This document shows, piece after piece, positions 1 through 11,967 of a DNA stretch of 64,000 nucleotides; positions within the stretch are counted from its first letter, which is position 1; the number at the start of each line of letters is the position of its first letter. Origin of the DNA: Protoeuglena noctilucae (Eukaryota); NCBI GenBank assembly GCA_958009085.1, contig OY253684.1, positions 62,001 to 126,000 on the forward strand, written 5' to 3'. The translations under genes were made by a program, and so were the position numbers. The notes under the pieces were generated by a model. It searched no databases, was not told the origin of the DNA, and saw only the letters and a list, made by a program, of their open reading frames with translations.

Positions 1-2087
1 GGCCTTCGTGCTGCGATGGAGGAGGTGGAGGAGTTGCGTGCGCAGGTGGAGGTGATGGGCAACTACGACCGCACGAGGGGTCAATTAGCAAAGGCCATGG
101 CGGGGATGCAGGCGGAGAACGCCAGGCTCAGGGAGAGGCTCAAAGAGGCCACGGGTGAGTGAAGGGTGGGGGTGGCAGTGGGGGTGGTGTTAGGGGTAGC
201 AGTGGGGGTGGCAGCAAGGGTGGCAGCAAGGGTGGCAGTGGGGGCAGCAGTGAGGGTAGCAGGGGGGGTGGCAGTGAGGGTGGTGTTGAGGGTAGCAGTG
301 AGGGTGGCAGTGAGTGTGAGAGCGCGACTGTTGTGCAAGAGACAGTACCACTCACCGCCCCTCTCCCCGCTCTCCCCCCCCGCAGTGGAGGGTCCCGGTG
401 CTTCCCGCCTGGTCCGCGAGTATCAGATGAACGACCAGCTGCAGCTGCAGCGGAGAGTGGCGCGGGCGGAGGCAGAGGCGGAGGTGCTGCGTCGGCAGAT
501 GGAGCAGTTGCACGAGTGGGCGGCGGCCACGGGGGCCAGGAGCCAGGCGGAGATACGCAGGCTGAGGGCCGTGGTGGGGAGGTGAGAGAGGGAGTGGTGG
601 TGGGGGTGGGGGTGGGGAGGTGAGGGGGAGGAGGGTTGTGGGGGTGGGGAGGTGAGGGGAGGACGGTGTGGGATAGAGTAGAGTGACTACATAGCAATGT
701 GATACGGCATAACTTGCGTCGCCTCTCCATAACTGCACCCGTCTGCGCCCTTGTTAAGCTTATTATCAATCCACCCCACTCGTGTCTTCATATCCAACGC
801 AGATACGAGCCCCAGTCGGTGTCACCACCCCCCGGCATGGAGTTGGCTCTGAGGCGAAAGCCACGCAGTGCGGGGGCACTGGGGCTGGCACCCATTGCAC
901 GCCTGGGCTCTGCGGGGGGGCTTGGGACAGCGGGGAGGGGGTTTGATGTTGCGAGTGGCAGTGGCAGAGGCGGTGGGGGGGTTGTGGAGGGTGAGAGTGG
1001 TGCAACTGCGGTGGGGGGCAAACCCTGGGAGAGGGCGAGGCGTGGGGGTGACGGTGCAGGGACGGACTGGGCGGGGGTGGCGCATGCGGCAGCTGTGGTG
1101 GAGCACACGGGTGGGATGGGACTGATTACGGGGCTCATGAACGATCCGTCTGCTGCGGAGGTGCCGCGAGATCGCATACACAGGGGGGCGGGGGTGGGTG
1201 GGGGGGTGGCAACAGGGGCGGGTGCGGGTGGGGGGGTGGCGCCAGGAGTGGGGGCAGGGGCAGGGGCAGCAGCGGGGGTAGCAGTGGGGTTAGGAATGGG
1301 GGCAGGAACACAGGCAGCCCCTTCTGCAGTGCCTGGTATGGGCCCAGTGGATGGTGTGCCTGGCAGGGGCGGTGGTCGTGGGGTGCGTGGTGGGTCGTCG
1401 CTACGAGCGAGGGACGCTGTGGTGCGGCGGAGGGAGGTGGCGGCCTTGAAAGAGGGGTCTGGGGGTGTGGGGGATGCTAAGAGTGGTGGAGAGGTTGAGC
1501 TTGGGCCTGTGGATGTCGATGCGTTGCTGCGGGCGCCGGTGCTGGCGGGGCCAAGGAGCGAGGAGCGGTCCGCGGGTCGGCTGTTCGGTTTGAATGCGCT
1601 GGGGGAGCCTGAGCCGGAGCTGGCGTTCCTGCCGGGGCTGGCGATGTGGGCGGACGGGCCGGACGGGAAGGGCGGGACGAAGGCACTGCCCGAGACGGTG
1701 TGGAACCAGGTGGGATAGGTGTGGGGGTGGTGGGGATGAGTGTAGAGATGGTAGAGATGATGTGGAACCAGGTGGGGATGTGAGAAGAGACGGTGTGGAA
1801 CCAGGTGGGTGTGGTGGGTGGTAGAGATGGTGTGGGAGCAGGTGGGTTTAGTGGGTGTAGTGCGTGGGGATGGCATGAGCGAGGGTGATGGTATGCGTGG
1901 CACCAGTTAATGTTCACCACTTCATGTCCATTGCGATGCCACTACACACTCATCATGGTCACTCGTGCCTGTGCAGTTCGCCAGGGGCACGTCGATGACC
2001 AACGCAGCCGTGGCGGGGGCAGGCGGGGAAGCAGAGGGCGATGGGGGAGGGGAGGATGAGATTGGAGACGGGATCAACCTGCCTTGA
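1..2087 (+). CDS. Partial gene (5' end outside window): coiled-coil protein of unknown function with a Gly/Ala-rich C-terminal part
   Basis: Exons <1-154, 386-581, 803-1709 and 1977-2087 join in frame across GT-AG introns (ACG G|GTGAGT..CGCAG|TG GAG; AG|GTGAGA..CGCAG|A TAC; CAG|GTGGGA..TGCAG|TTC) and end at TGA 2085-2087. Heptad-like E/R/A/Q-rich segments (MEEVEELRAQVE..., QLQRRVARAEAEAEVLRRQMEQL). Confidence 0.7.
162..312 (+). repeat. Degenerate 12-bp minisatellite (GGGTGGCAGTG-type) in the 5' half of an intron
   Basis: About 12 units of (G/A)GGGT(G/A)GCAG(T/C)(G/A) at a 12-bp period. Related arrays occur at 37940-38050 (reverse complement) and 59935-60116. Confidence 0.85.
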
Positions 2088-2878
2088 TGCACATATGTCG
2101 TGCACATGGTTCATTCGCTCTTCTACTTGCAATTGCAGTCACTGCGCATAGGTTAGCTGAGCCTGCCTTGATGCATATCGCATGGTACACTTGCAAGCGC
2201 ACTGGTACTGGTTGATAGGGCAGAGCTTAAGATGGTGCAGGTTTGTTTGTCTTTTGGCCACATCGGCAGTCTACGTGGCAGTTGCTTGAGTTGCGTGCTT
2301 CGAATTGTGTGCTTCATAGCTCAGGCACTACAGGGCCGCCGCTAGGCATGCCCAGCACTAGACAGGCAAACGAAAAGGACTGGGGATAAGGTCCGCTGTG
2401 GGTGGTGGCTGGTCTGGGCTATACGACAAAGGTAAAGGCAGCGAGGGTTCGTGTGGCAAGGGATGGCGCAAATGTAGCATCGTCAAAGGCGTAACAGACA
2501 GCGATCGCTGAGGGGTCTCTCTGGGCAGTCCTGACGCGGGAAACGGAGAAAGGGCCGGGAAACGGGGCTGTGGCTGCGGCACAGGGGTGTGCGCATGCGT
2601 GCATGCATACACGCATGCCTGCCGCGCTCACATCGCAGTTACGCATGCGTCAGGATGGGGGCCGGCAGGGTCTCACGCACTCGCATCGACCATGCTGCCC
2701 CTCTCTCATGCCCTCTCATGCAGCTGCGCCCTCTATATGACACAGCATCCCCTCTCATACCACAGCACTGTACATGTGCGCGCTCACATGCAGCGCGGCG
2801 CCCCTCCCTCCCTCACACAGCATCCCGTCTGTGTCTCCAGAGACACACCCCGCACATGGGGTTTGCTGTGTGCGACTC

Positions 2879-5508
2879 TCACGCAGCGGCGCCCATCATG
2901 TCCCGGATGTCCGCCTCCGGGTCCTTCAGGTTGGGCGTCTTGAGCCCCCAATTGTCCACAATCAGCTGCACGGCGTCTGGCGTCAGGAACGCGGGGAGCT
3001 TGGGCCCCAGGCGGATGTTGCGCACGCCCAGGTGCAGCAGCGTCAGCAGAATGGACACGGCCTTCTGCTCAAACCACGAGATGTCCAGCGAGAGGGGCAA
3101 AGAGTTGATGTCGGTGCCCAGCGCATCGGCCAGGGCGGAGGCGACCGCGATGGCGGAATAGGCGTCGTTGCACTGCCCCATGTCCAGCAGGCGCGGGATG
3201 GGGGTGTTGGGGAGTGTGCCGAGGTCGTGGTCGAAGAAACGATACTTGGCGCACCCCAGCGTGAGGACCAGCGTGTCCTGGGGCAGCGCGTCGACCAGCT
3301 CCGCGTAGTACTTGCGCTCGGGCTGTCGGCCGTCGCAGCCGCCCACCAGGAAGATGTGGCGCAGGTTGCCCTGGCTCACGGCCTCCAGGACCTGGGTGGG
3401 ATGGGGACAGGGTGGGGTGGGTTCACACGAGAATGTGGCTTGTGTGGGCTTTTCAAAGCACATGCACCGCTGGCCCGCCACTCTCATGCCAGTCCCCACT
3501 ACCCCCACGCCACTCGCCTTGTCCGCGACCGACAGCACCGTGGCGTGCCCAAACCCCACCAGCACCGTGCGGTCCTCCGCGTCCTCATCAAACCCCGGCA
3601 GCTCCATCGCCCTCTTAATCACCGCCGAGAAGTCCTTCTTGCCGTTACTGGCCACCACGTGCCGAACACCCGGCACCGCCATCATGTTGCCAGTCGTGAA
3701 GAGATTGTCCGCGTAGTCCGTCGGGATCAGCACGCAGTTGGTGGTCATGAGGATGGCGCCGGGGAGGTCGCTGAACTCTTTCTTCTGCTTGTACCACGCC
3801 CCGCCGTAGTTGCCGGCCAGGTGGGGGTACTTCTTAAGCTTCGGGTAGCCGTGGGCCGGGATCATCTCGCCGTGCGTGTAGACTGCGGGGGTGGAGGGGA
3901 GAGGGAGGGGGTTGGGAGGTGTGGGGAGAGGACGTGGGGTGCGTAGCGTTGTTAAGCGGACGAGTGCGGTGCGGCATGGCATGAGTGATGGCGAGCAAGG
4001 CACACCTACCACCCCATGCACACCATCACACCCACCCCACCCCACACACCACCCCTCACAACCCCCCCCCCCCCCCCCCGCCCCTCACCGATGATCCCCA
4101 TCCCCTCCGTCTGCTGCAGCAGCTGCTCCAGGTCCCTCAGATCGTGCCCGGACACCACGATGCACTTGCCCTTGCGCGGGGTGATGCGCACGGCCGTGGG
4201 CACGGGAGTGCCATATGTCTCGGTGCTGGCGCGGTCCAGCAGAGCCATGGTCTCCAGGTTCACCGCCCCCAGCTCCATCGCCATCGCCAGCACCTTGTCC
4301 ACGTCCTGGCTTGCCGAGGAGGCCAGGAAGCCCATCGCCTTCCAAATGAAAAGGTCGACCGTCTGGCTGCGGTAGCCCAAGTTGTCGGCGTGGTGGGCGT
4401 AGGCGCAAATGCCCTTGATGCCGTACGCGATCATCTCGTGCAGGCCCAGCAGCGTGTCGAGGCCGCGGGACCGCATCTCGTGGCGCCGGTGGCTGAGGCT
4501 GGTGCGGAAGCCGAAGGCGGTGAGGTCGTCGATGGTCGGGTGGTCGCCCGCGATGGCGCGGACGGAGACATGAGCGGGGTGCGGCGCGGTGTCGAACCAG
4601 GGGAGCGCGGGGGCGTCCACGGCGATGGCGCGGGGGAGGCCCAAGTTCACGGACAGGTTGGCTGCGGGCGGGAGGGGAGAGAGGGGGGTTGGGGTGAGGT
4701 GCGACGGCAGGTGTGTGAGGGGGTGCGGGGGTGCGGGGCGCCAAGGCAAATGCATTGATTGCGGGTGCATTGGGAGGTGAGGGGTGAGGTGGGCACGGGA
4801 TGTCCAGAAGCCAAGCCAAGCACAGTGCAACAGGTGAGGGGTAAGCAGGGCTGTTGACGAGCGTGCGTCTCTCAATCATTGATGGCAATTAGCAATACCA
4901 TCTCCACTGCTTCTCTCACCAGCCTTGGCGCGCAGGGCCTCAAGGTATCGATCAGCGGTGAGAATCTTGTCGGCAAGGTTCATTCCGTCGAAGTTGGTGT
5001 TGGTGAGGGTCGCGAAGATGGCGTCCTTCGTGAACTGCGAGATGACAGGAATGCATGGGGATAAGCATGACGAATGGATCAGGGCGCTTTAATAGGGTTG
5101 GTGCGGGCACAGGGTCGTTGGCGTGGACAGCTAGCATGTGGTCCCGTGGCCCCTCACCCTCGCGACGTCGTCGTCGAAGTACCCCGCCTGATCGTGCAGC
5201 GCCGTGGCGTTGGCGCCGATGCCCTTGACCAGGTAGATGAGCGCGTCCTGAAGGGCCGCCACATCGGGCGTCTTGCCGCACACGCCGGACTTCTCGCACC
5301 CGACGCCGTTCACCGTCTCCTCGCATTGCATGCAGAACATGCCGCTCTCGTTGTCGAAGGCCACGTCATTGGGAGGGACGATCTCGCGGCCGTCGCGGGT
5401 CTTGAAGCGGGCCGCCACGGTCGGGCGACAGACGGGGCGCGGGCGCGAGGACGGAGCGGCCCGCGCGGCCGCCGGAGCGGCTGCCGTGCGACAGATAAGC
5501 GAGGGCAT
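2879..5508 (-). CDS. HCP: Hybrid cluster protein (prismane protein / hydroxylamine reductase) with a probable organellar transit peptide, 5 exons
   Basis: [23 protein letters not shown] (Cx2Cx8Cx5C), [76 protein letters not shown]. An Ala/Arg/Pro/Ser-rich extension precedes the Cys motif. Exons approx. 5508-5158, 5034-4920, 4661-4090, 3883-3518, 3391-2879. Confidence 0.96.
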
Positions 5509-6254
5509 CCTGCGGGGGGAGGGCGGGGACGTTGATGCGCTGTAGGCGGGTCAAACAGCAGGGGCCAGCTGGTTTAGCTGTCAGGGGACTTTTGCATTTT
5601 CAGGGTCACCAGTGCTGCCGAGACGAGAATTCCAGTTGAATCAAACGTAATTGTGCAGCATGCGAGGTTATCTACGCCTGTGGTGTCGCCGGCGATGCAA
5701 ACGAGCCGGTTTTGGTCCCCGTCAAACCGTCGCTATCCCCGCCTAAGTAGCTCACGATACACGCATCGGTCGCGACAATGGTTTTATATTCATGTGATAA
5801 AGCGGCACGCATCCGCTTGCGGATCATCACGCACCTCAGGAGCAGCGCTGAAGCGTTCCTTGCGAGTGCCTGTTGGATGCGGCTTGTTGGATGGTACTGG
5901 AGCCGTACACTTGCGGATCTGTTGAGAGAATGACGAGGGAACGAGGACGGCGGCGCTTCTTGTGCACAGCTGGTGCTCTGAAACAGCGGGTACGCCCCCC
6001 TTGCAGTTGCACCGCGTGTGCACGCGGGAGACCGCGTTTGCGCGGAAAATGCACCCACGCACGTCATTTGTTAGCTACATCACCACCGTCTGCGTCGCGA
6101 CACGCGCTGGAACCCGCTCCGTGCGACTGCTTGGCACGCTGACTAGGGCAACGCTCGGCCCCGCCGGCCCTCGACGCTGCCTGGACGCTCTCGCGCCATC
6201 CTTGTCCCTCACCTGTCGTCCAAATTGCCGAGGGAGAGCCGCTGGAGCGCTGCG

Positions 6255-7478
6255 ATGACGGTGCGCGACGTCATCGGCCGCTTGGCCGTGGCAGTGGACG
6301 AGGCGTCGTGCGCGGTCCTCCACGCGTGCACACCTTGCTCTCGCGACGTTCTTCCGAACACCACCTCCCACTCGCGCACCGTCCTTTTCGTCACGGCGCA
6401 CCCGGACGACGAGGCCATGTTTTTTGCTCCCTCCATCCTCAGGCGAGGCCCCGGCCGCCCCGCTGCGCCGCGCGACGATCGATTCCGATTGCTGGTAACT
6501 ATTTGCATGCGTCACGCGGACCGGCCCCCCGCTCCCGCGCCCGCGCAGGTGCCTGGCCCAGGGCCGCCCCGTCCACCTCCTGTGTCTCTCCGACGGCGGC
6601 TTCCTGGGCCCCGAGGCCGGCGCGCGACGCGTGAAGGAACTACGCGCGGCATGCGAGGTGCTGGGCCTGGCCCCCGGGTCGCTGACGGTGCACCGGAGCC
6701 CGTCTCTGCCTGACAGCCCCTACAAAGGGGACACGTGGCTTTTCAGCGAAGTGGCGCACGTCGTGGTCGCGAAAGCGAAAGAGATCCAGGCAGGGGCCGT
6801 CGTCACCTTCGACGCCGACGGGGTCACGGGGCACCCCAACCACGTCGCGTGCCGGTGCGTGCAGCGTGTAGCAACGTGCGTGCGTATGTGCATGTGTGTA
6901 TGTGCCAGTTGCCACCTTCCCGGCGGGTCTGCGAAGTCGCTGAAAGCGCCGTGGATTGCAGGACGGGGGTGATGTGGGCTCGCAAGGCTTTGGAGGCGGG
7001 AGGGGCGGGGGTGTGGACGCTCGCGACCCCTCCGGTGTGGGTGCGGTTCACGGGGCTGCTGGGGGCGGTGGCGTGCGCGGCATGGGGCAGAGCGGCAGGC
7101 GAGAGACGGGAATGGGCGTCGGCGTGCGTGACAGGGGGTATATGGCATGCTGTCTCTGTTGTGTGGGCGGTGTGGTGCAAGGGGGACCGTCTCCCTCGCT
7201 CATCGCTCCGAGTGCTGCTCGGGCATATGATATGCCCGGGAATTGAACCCGTAGCCTCTTTGATTCCTCTATGTCACATCTCCCCTCCAGGCTCGTCAGC
7301 GGTGTGGACGACGTCAGTGACGCGCGCATGGACCGCCATGGCGTGTCATGCGTCCCAGGCCGTGTGGTACCGGAGACTGTACATGGCAGCGTCGGTGCTT
7401 GTGCTGTGCAACGTCCTCGTTTCCCAGAGGGACAGGGGGGTGAGGCGAGGCGCAGAGTTGGGGAGAAAGACCGACTGA
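6255..7478 (+). CDS. PIGL: N-acetylglucosaminyl-phosphatidylinositol de-N-acetylase (PIG-L/GPI12)
   Basis: VLFVTAHPDDEAMFFAPSI joins across a GC-AG intron (6443-6548) to VHLLCLSDG..RVKELRAACEVLG. Also VVTFDADGVTGHPNH and AMACHASQAVWYRRLY; TGA at 7476-7478. Confidence 0.92.
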
Positions 7479-7832
7479 CGGGGGCACGCTGGCATGCGAG
7501 AGTGACTGGGCACCTTTTGTCCCGATCGACGCTACTCTTTGATGATTTCAAAAAAAAGTGTTAGATAGTTACAGTGACCGGGACTTGAACCACGGGAGGC
7601 ATCTTAGCAAAGCAAAGCAGAACAGCGAGGGCAGTCGGGGCGGTGGGGTGTGTGTTGGCACGACAGTGGTGGACGTGCTGAGAAAAAGCGTTTGAACCAG
7701 CGAGACTCTAGGGCAGTGCAGAATGACCCCACGCATGCCCCGGCTGCGCTGGGCCCATCTAGCCACCACCCCTCATGCCCCACCGTACATGCAGCACAGT
7801 GATGGTGACACGGGCCCACTACTCCCATGCCC

Positions 7833-10800
7833 TCACTGCCCCCTGCCCGTCTTGCTGAGGATGACCTGTGCCTCCTCGGATTGCATGAATGCCATGAAGG
7901 CATCCAGGAGGGCCATCTTGCGCTCTTCAGGGGAGGGGTCCCTGGGGGGAGCGAGATGGGGGGGATAAGGGTGAGGTGATGTGGGGGGGGCGATAGGGGT
8001 GGGGGAAGCAAAGCGGCGTGATCGGCATTCAGTCAACGAACTACACAAAGCCTGCAAACCCACACACAGCGCCTGCCCCCAACACCCGACCGCGCCTGAG
8101 GTCCTCCCTTCACCACCCCCACCTCCTCTCCCCCACCTGGTCCCACCCATCATCACGCCGCAGTGCTTCCTCATCCTCATCCTCTCCCCCGCACCCCCCA
8201 CCTGATCTTGCCCCCGTTGGCCGCCGGCGCCGCCTTGCCGCTGGTGCCGATGCAAGTAAACATTGCCTTGTCCGTGAAGTCGAACAGGTCATAGGCGGAG
8301 CCCACGTCGTCCACCGTGCACGTCTCGTACATGGTCACCAGGTCCCTGGGGTTGGGATTATGAGAGAGAGACAGCGTGAGACACATGGTAAGAGAGAGGG
8401 TCGTGTCTCCTACATGGTCACCCCAACATGCGCTCTCCCCAACACCCTACCCCACCCCACTTAACACCCCCTTCCCCTTCACCTGAGGCACTGGGCGCTC
8501 TCATCAACACCCGCTTCACTCCATCCATACATGCCTTCCCTCCCTTCTCAACCCACCTGAGGCACTGGGCGCTCTTCAGCGGCACCGCGTCCGACTGCAG
8601 GTGTGTCATCAGCGACAGCCAGTACCCGTTATCCTTCAAGTCACTCTCGTGTCTTGAAATCAACGTCCTCTTGGCCCGAGCCAGCTCCCGTGGGCTGATG
8701 GGGGAGGTCTTGAAGCCCCGCAGCACGCGAAGGCACGCCTGCAGGGCCGCATCAATCTTGGCGGGCTCGGAGGTGACTGGGGCGGAGTGAGGGGGAGGGG
8801 ATGTGGTAATCAATGGTGATCAGTGGTGAGTGAAGGGTTGTGTTAATTGCAGATGGATCTTCACCCACCCACTTACTTAATACCCACCCCGTCTGCAGCC
8901 GGTCAAACACTGCACATGCCACATGCTATAGACATACTGTAACTATTGCAACTGCACTATTGATATACAACCATTCCCATGCCTCTCACCCGACACGGAG
9001 AACCACCCCGTCTGCAGCCGGTCGAACACGGTGAGGTCGAACGACACATCGTACGTCAGACCCAGGCTGTCACGCACGGTAGTGAACAGCCGCGCGTTGA
9101 TGACCTCGCTCAGCAGCTGCAGGGTGGTGGAGCGGAAAAGGGGGTGGCCGCGGCGCAGGCGGTCGGCCTCCCTGCGCTGATCGGGGGTCATGCCCTCGTA
9201 GGCGTGTTCGGGGGGTGGGGGCGCCACGTCGCCCTTCACGATGCCCACCATGCGGGAGGGGTCCGAGAGGAGATCCGAGGGCTGGGGGGGAGATAAGGGG
9301 GGGGGGGGGGGTGAGTGGTGGGGTGAGGGGAGTGCGATTGGTGTGACAAATAGCGCAGCACAGCGCACGGTGGCATGCGCATCTGCATTGCGCAAGCACA
9401 TCGCCCCATGCGTTCATGCTACCTGCGCCTGTGGCAGAGACACATACACAGTACAGCCTACGTCAAGCACATCCACCCCATCGCCATCGCCCCTCGCCAG
9501 CCACGCCATCGCATGTCAGGCCACATCACACCCCCACCACCCACCACCCCTCCCTCACCAGCTTCCACCGGGGCGGCGCGGGCCCAGCGATGAACGCACA
9601 CGCCCTCTCATCGGAGTCCATCTGATGCCATCGCTGGTGAGCATTGGTGGGCTCGGGTGCGTGGAGCGTGAGGGGGGCCGTGTGGACCCAGCGGGGGAGG
9701 TCGCTGCTGGTGTCGATGGTGCCCAGGTAACGCAGGGCGCAGGCCTGGGGGGGGGAAGGGAGGGGGGTGATGGGGTGTTGTTGTTGTTGTGGGGGCGGCA
9801 GTGGGGGTGGCAGTAGCAGTGAGTGTGGGTGCACACCCACCCACCCACACCCAACCTCAACCCACTCACCTCCACCCTCTCCGGCTCCACGTCCCCCACC
9901 ACCGACACCTCGATGTTGTTGGACTGAAGGATGCGCGACACCACGGACTTGAGCTTGTCTGCACGGATTGAAAGTATCGCGGTGTGAGTGAGATTGTCTG
10001 CCATGGTGGAAATGCATTTGATTCATCTCTCATCCACTCTTCGCTCCCCACATACAATCGTCACCCAGGTCGAGCGCCTTGACGTCCTCACCACGTCACC
10101 ATGTTATACATCCATATAATCATCAAAATTGTCACTAATAACCCATCCTCACCCAGGTCCAGCGCCTCGATGTCCTCGGGCGTGGGGTCCCGGAACCGCC
10201 GGTCGTCTTTGATCATCGCCCCCATGATGCGGTTGGCAGTGGCCCTCTCCAGCGACTTGTCGGTGCTCCGGAAGTGGCTGGCGAACATCTGCTTGGCGCG
10301 GTCGAACGCCACGGGGTCCCACCGGGGGTGGCGCAGGAACTGGTGGAGCAGCTCAAAGGCACCCTCCATGCCGCCGTTCTGTGATAAGAGGGGGGGGAGT
10401 GGTTTGGGGGAATGGATTGTTTACTGAATGGATTGGGAGTGTGTGTGTGTGCGAACCACAGGTCCATGATGACGAGCTCTGTCTCATTTACTTCACTCCA
10501 CCTCTCACATCTATTATACTCTCTCATCTACTCGATACCCCCCTCACCTCCACCGCGAACCGCAGGTCCATGATGACGAACTCCTCGTCGCTGTCGATCA
10601 TGCAGTTGATGAGCTTGCTAATGCAGAAAAGCTCCATCTGCTCCCGCTCCCACGACCCCACCGTCCCGGACTCAGACACCGCGCGCACCCCCACGGCCAC
10701 AGAGCCGTACCCCGCGCCGGGCTCGGTCGGGTCCTCCACACTGCGACCGCCGCCCGCCACCAGCCGAAGCACGGCGCCCTTGGGCTCGTTATCCTGGGTT

Positions 10801-11767
10801 AAGAGGGGAGGGGAGAGGAAGGGTGCGGGTGTGATGGGAGTGGGAGTGTTTGAAATGAAGAGAGAGGGGGGGAGGGTGTGGGTGTGGATGAGAGAGTCAG
10901 CACCGTGCCCTTGGGCTCGTTCCTAGGTGGGGAGGAGAGAGATGGATGAGCTAGGGCATGTGCATCAATGCCCCATTGCCCACCTCCGCCAACCTCACCA
11001 ACACCCCCCCACCACGCCACCACAACCACCACCCCACCCCCTCCCTCACCGACACGCGGTAGTTGAGCCTGACACCGTTGCTGAGCCTCCTCAGCACGAT
11101 GCCCTTGTCATCGGCGGGCGGCGTGGCGTCCGCCCCCGGTCCCACGGGCACGAACTGCGGCCGTCGCTCCTCCACCAATCGTTGCAAGGCCTCTTCCTCC
11201 ACCAGGCTGTCGGGCACGTCGATGTCCTCCTTGGCGGGGATGTTGCCCAGGTCGCGCGCCAGCACCTCCTGTGTGGGAGAAGGGGGTGGGGTGTGTGTGA
11301 GTGGGGTGCATGGGAGGGGCACTGAGGGGGAAGCAGGGAGAGGCTGAGGAGGGAAGCCGGGTGAGATGCATGGTTAATTGTTCCAACATTAACACCCCCA
11401 CCCCCATCTCGCCTGTATCTGCTCCGCCGACAGGTCGAACCGCACGGCCCCCTCGGGCGGCGGCCCCCACTCATCCGCCCCCTCCTCGGACCCAAGCGGA
11501 TCGGTCACCGCATCCACGTCCAGCGCCTGGATGACCGAATCGTCCAAATGCTGACCGGTGGACACCCCCCCGCGCTTCGGGCCACCGCCGCCGCCCCCCA
11601 GCCCCTCCCCGCTCGCGTCCATGTATGCCGGCACGCATGCGATGATCGATGTGGTGCGCGAGGGCTCAGACGACCACGCATCGGGATCTGATTGATACGC
11701 ATGGTCCAGCTGGTCCTCCCGGCCGTAGTAGGCGGCGAAGCTCAGCAGGGACTGGCACACCGCGTTG
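7833..11767 (-). CDS. SPP: Chloroplast stromal processing peptidase (M16 metallopeptidase), C-terminal half only; the 5' part falls in the assembly gap
   Basis: IIACVP, RRLSNGVRLNYR, VRAVSESGTVGSWEREQMELFCISKLINC, AFDRAKQ..KSLERATANRIM, NIEVSVVGD, LRYLGTI, DSDERACAFIAGPAPPRW, EVINARLFTTVRDSLGLTYDVSF, RELARAKRTLISRHESDLKDNGYWLSLMTHLQ. Last exon ends at TGA 7833. At least 10 introns. Confidence 0.9.
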
Positions 11768-11967
11768 NNNNNNNNNNNNNNNNNNNNNNNNNNNNNNNNN
11801 NNNNNNNNNNNNNNNNNNNNNNNNNNNNNNNNNNNNNNNNNNNNNNNNNNNNNNNNNNNNNNNNNNNNNNNNNNNNNNNNNNNNNNNNNNNNNNNNNNNN
11901 NNNNNNNNNNNNNNNNNNNNNNNNNNNNNNNNNNNNNNNNNNNNNNNNNNNNNNNNNNNNNNNNNNN
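11768..11967. other. Assembly gap (200 N, probably a placeholder length)
   Basis: A run of exactly 200 N interrupts the SPP coding sequence. Confidence 0.99.
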
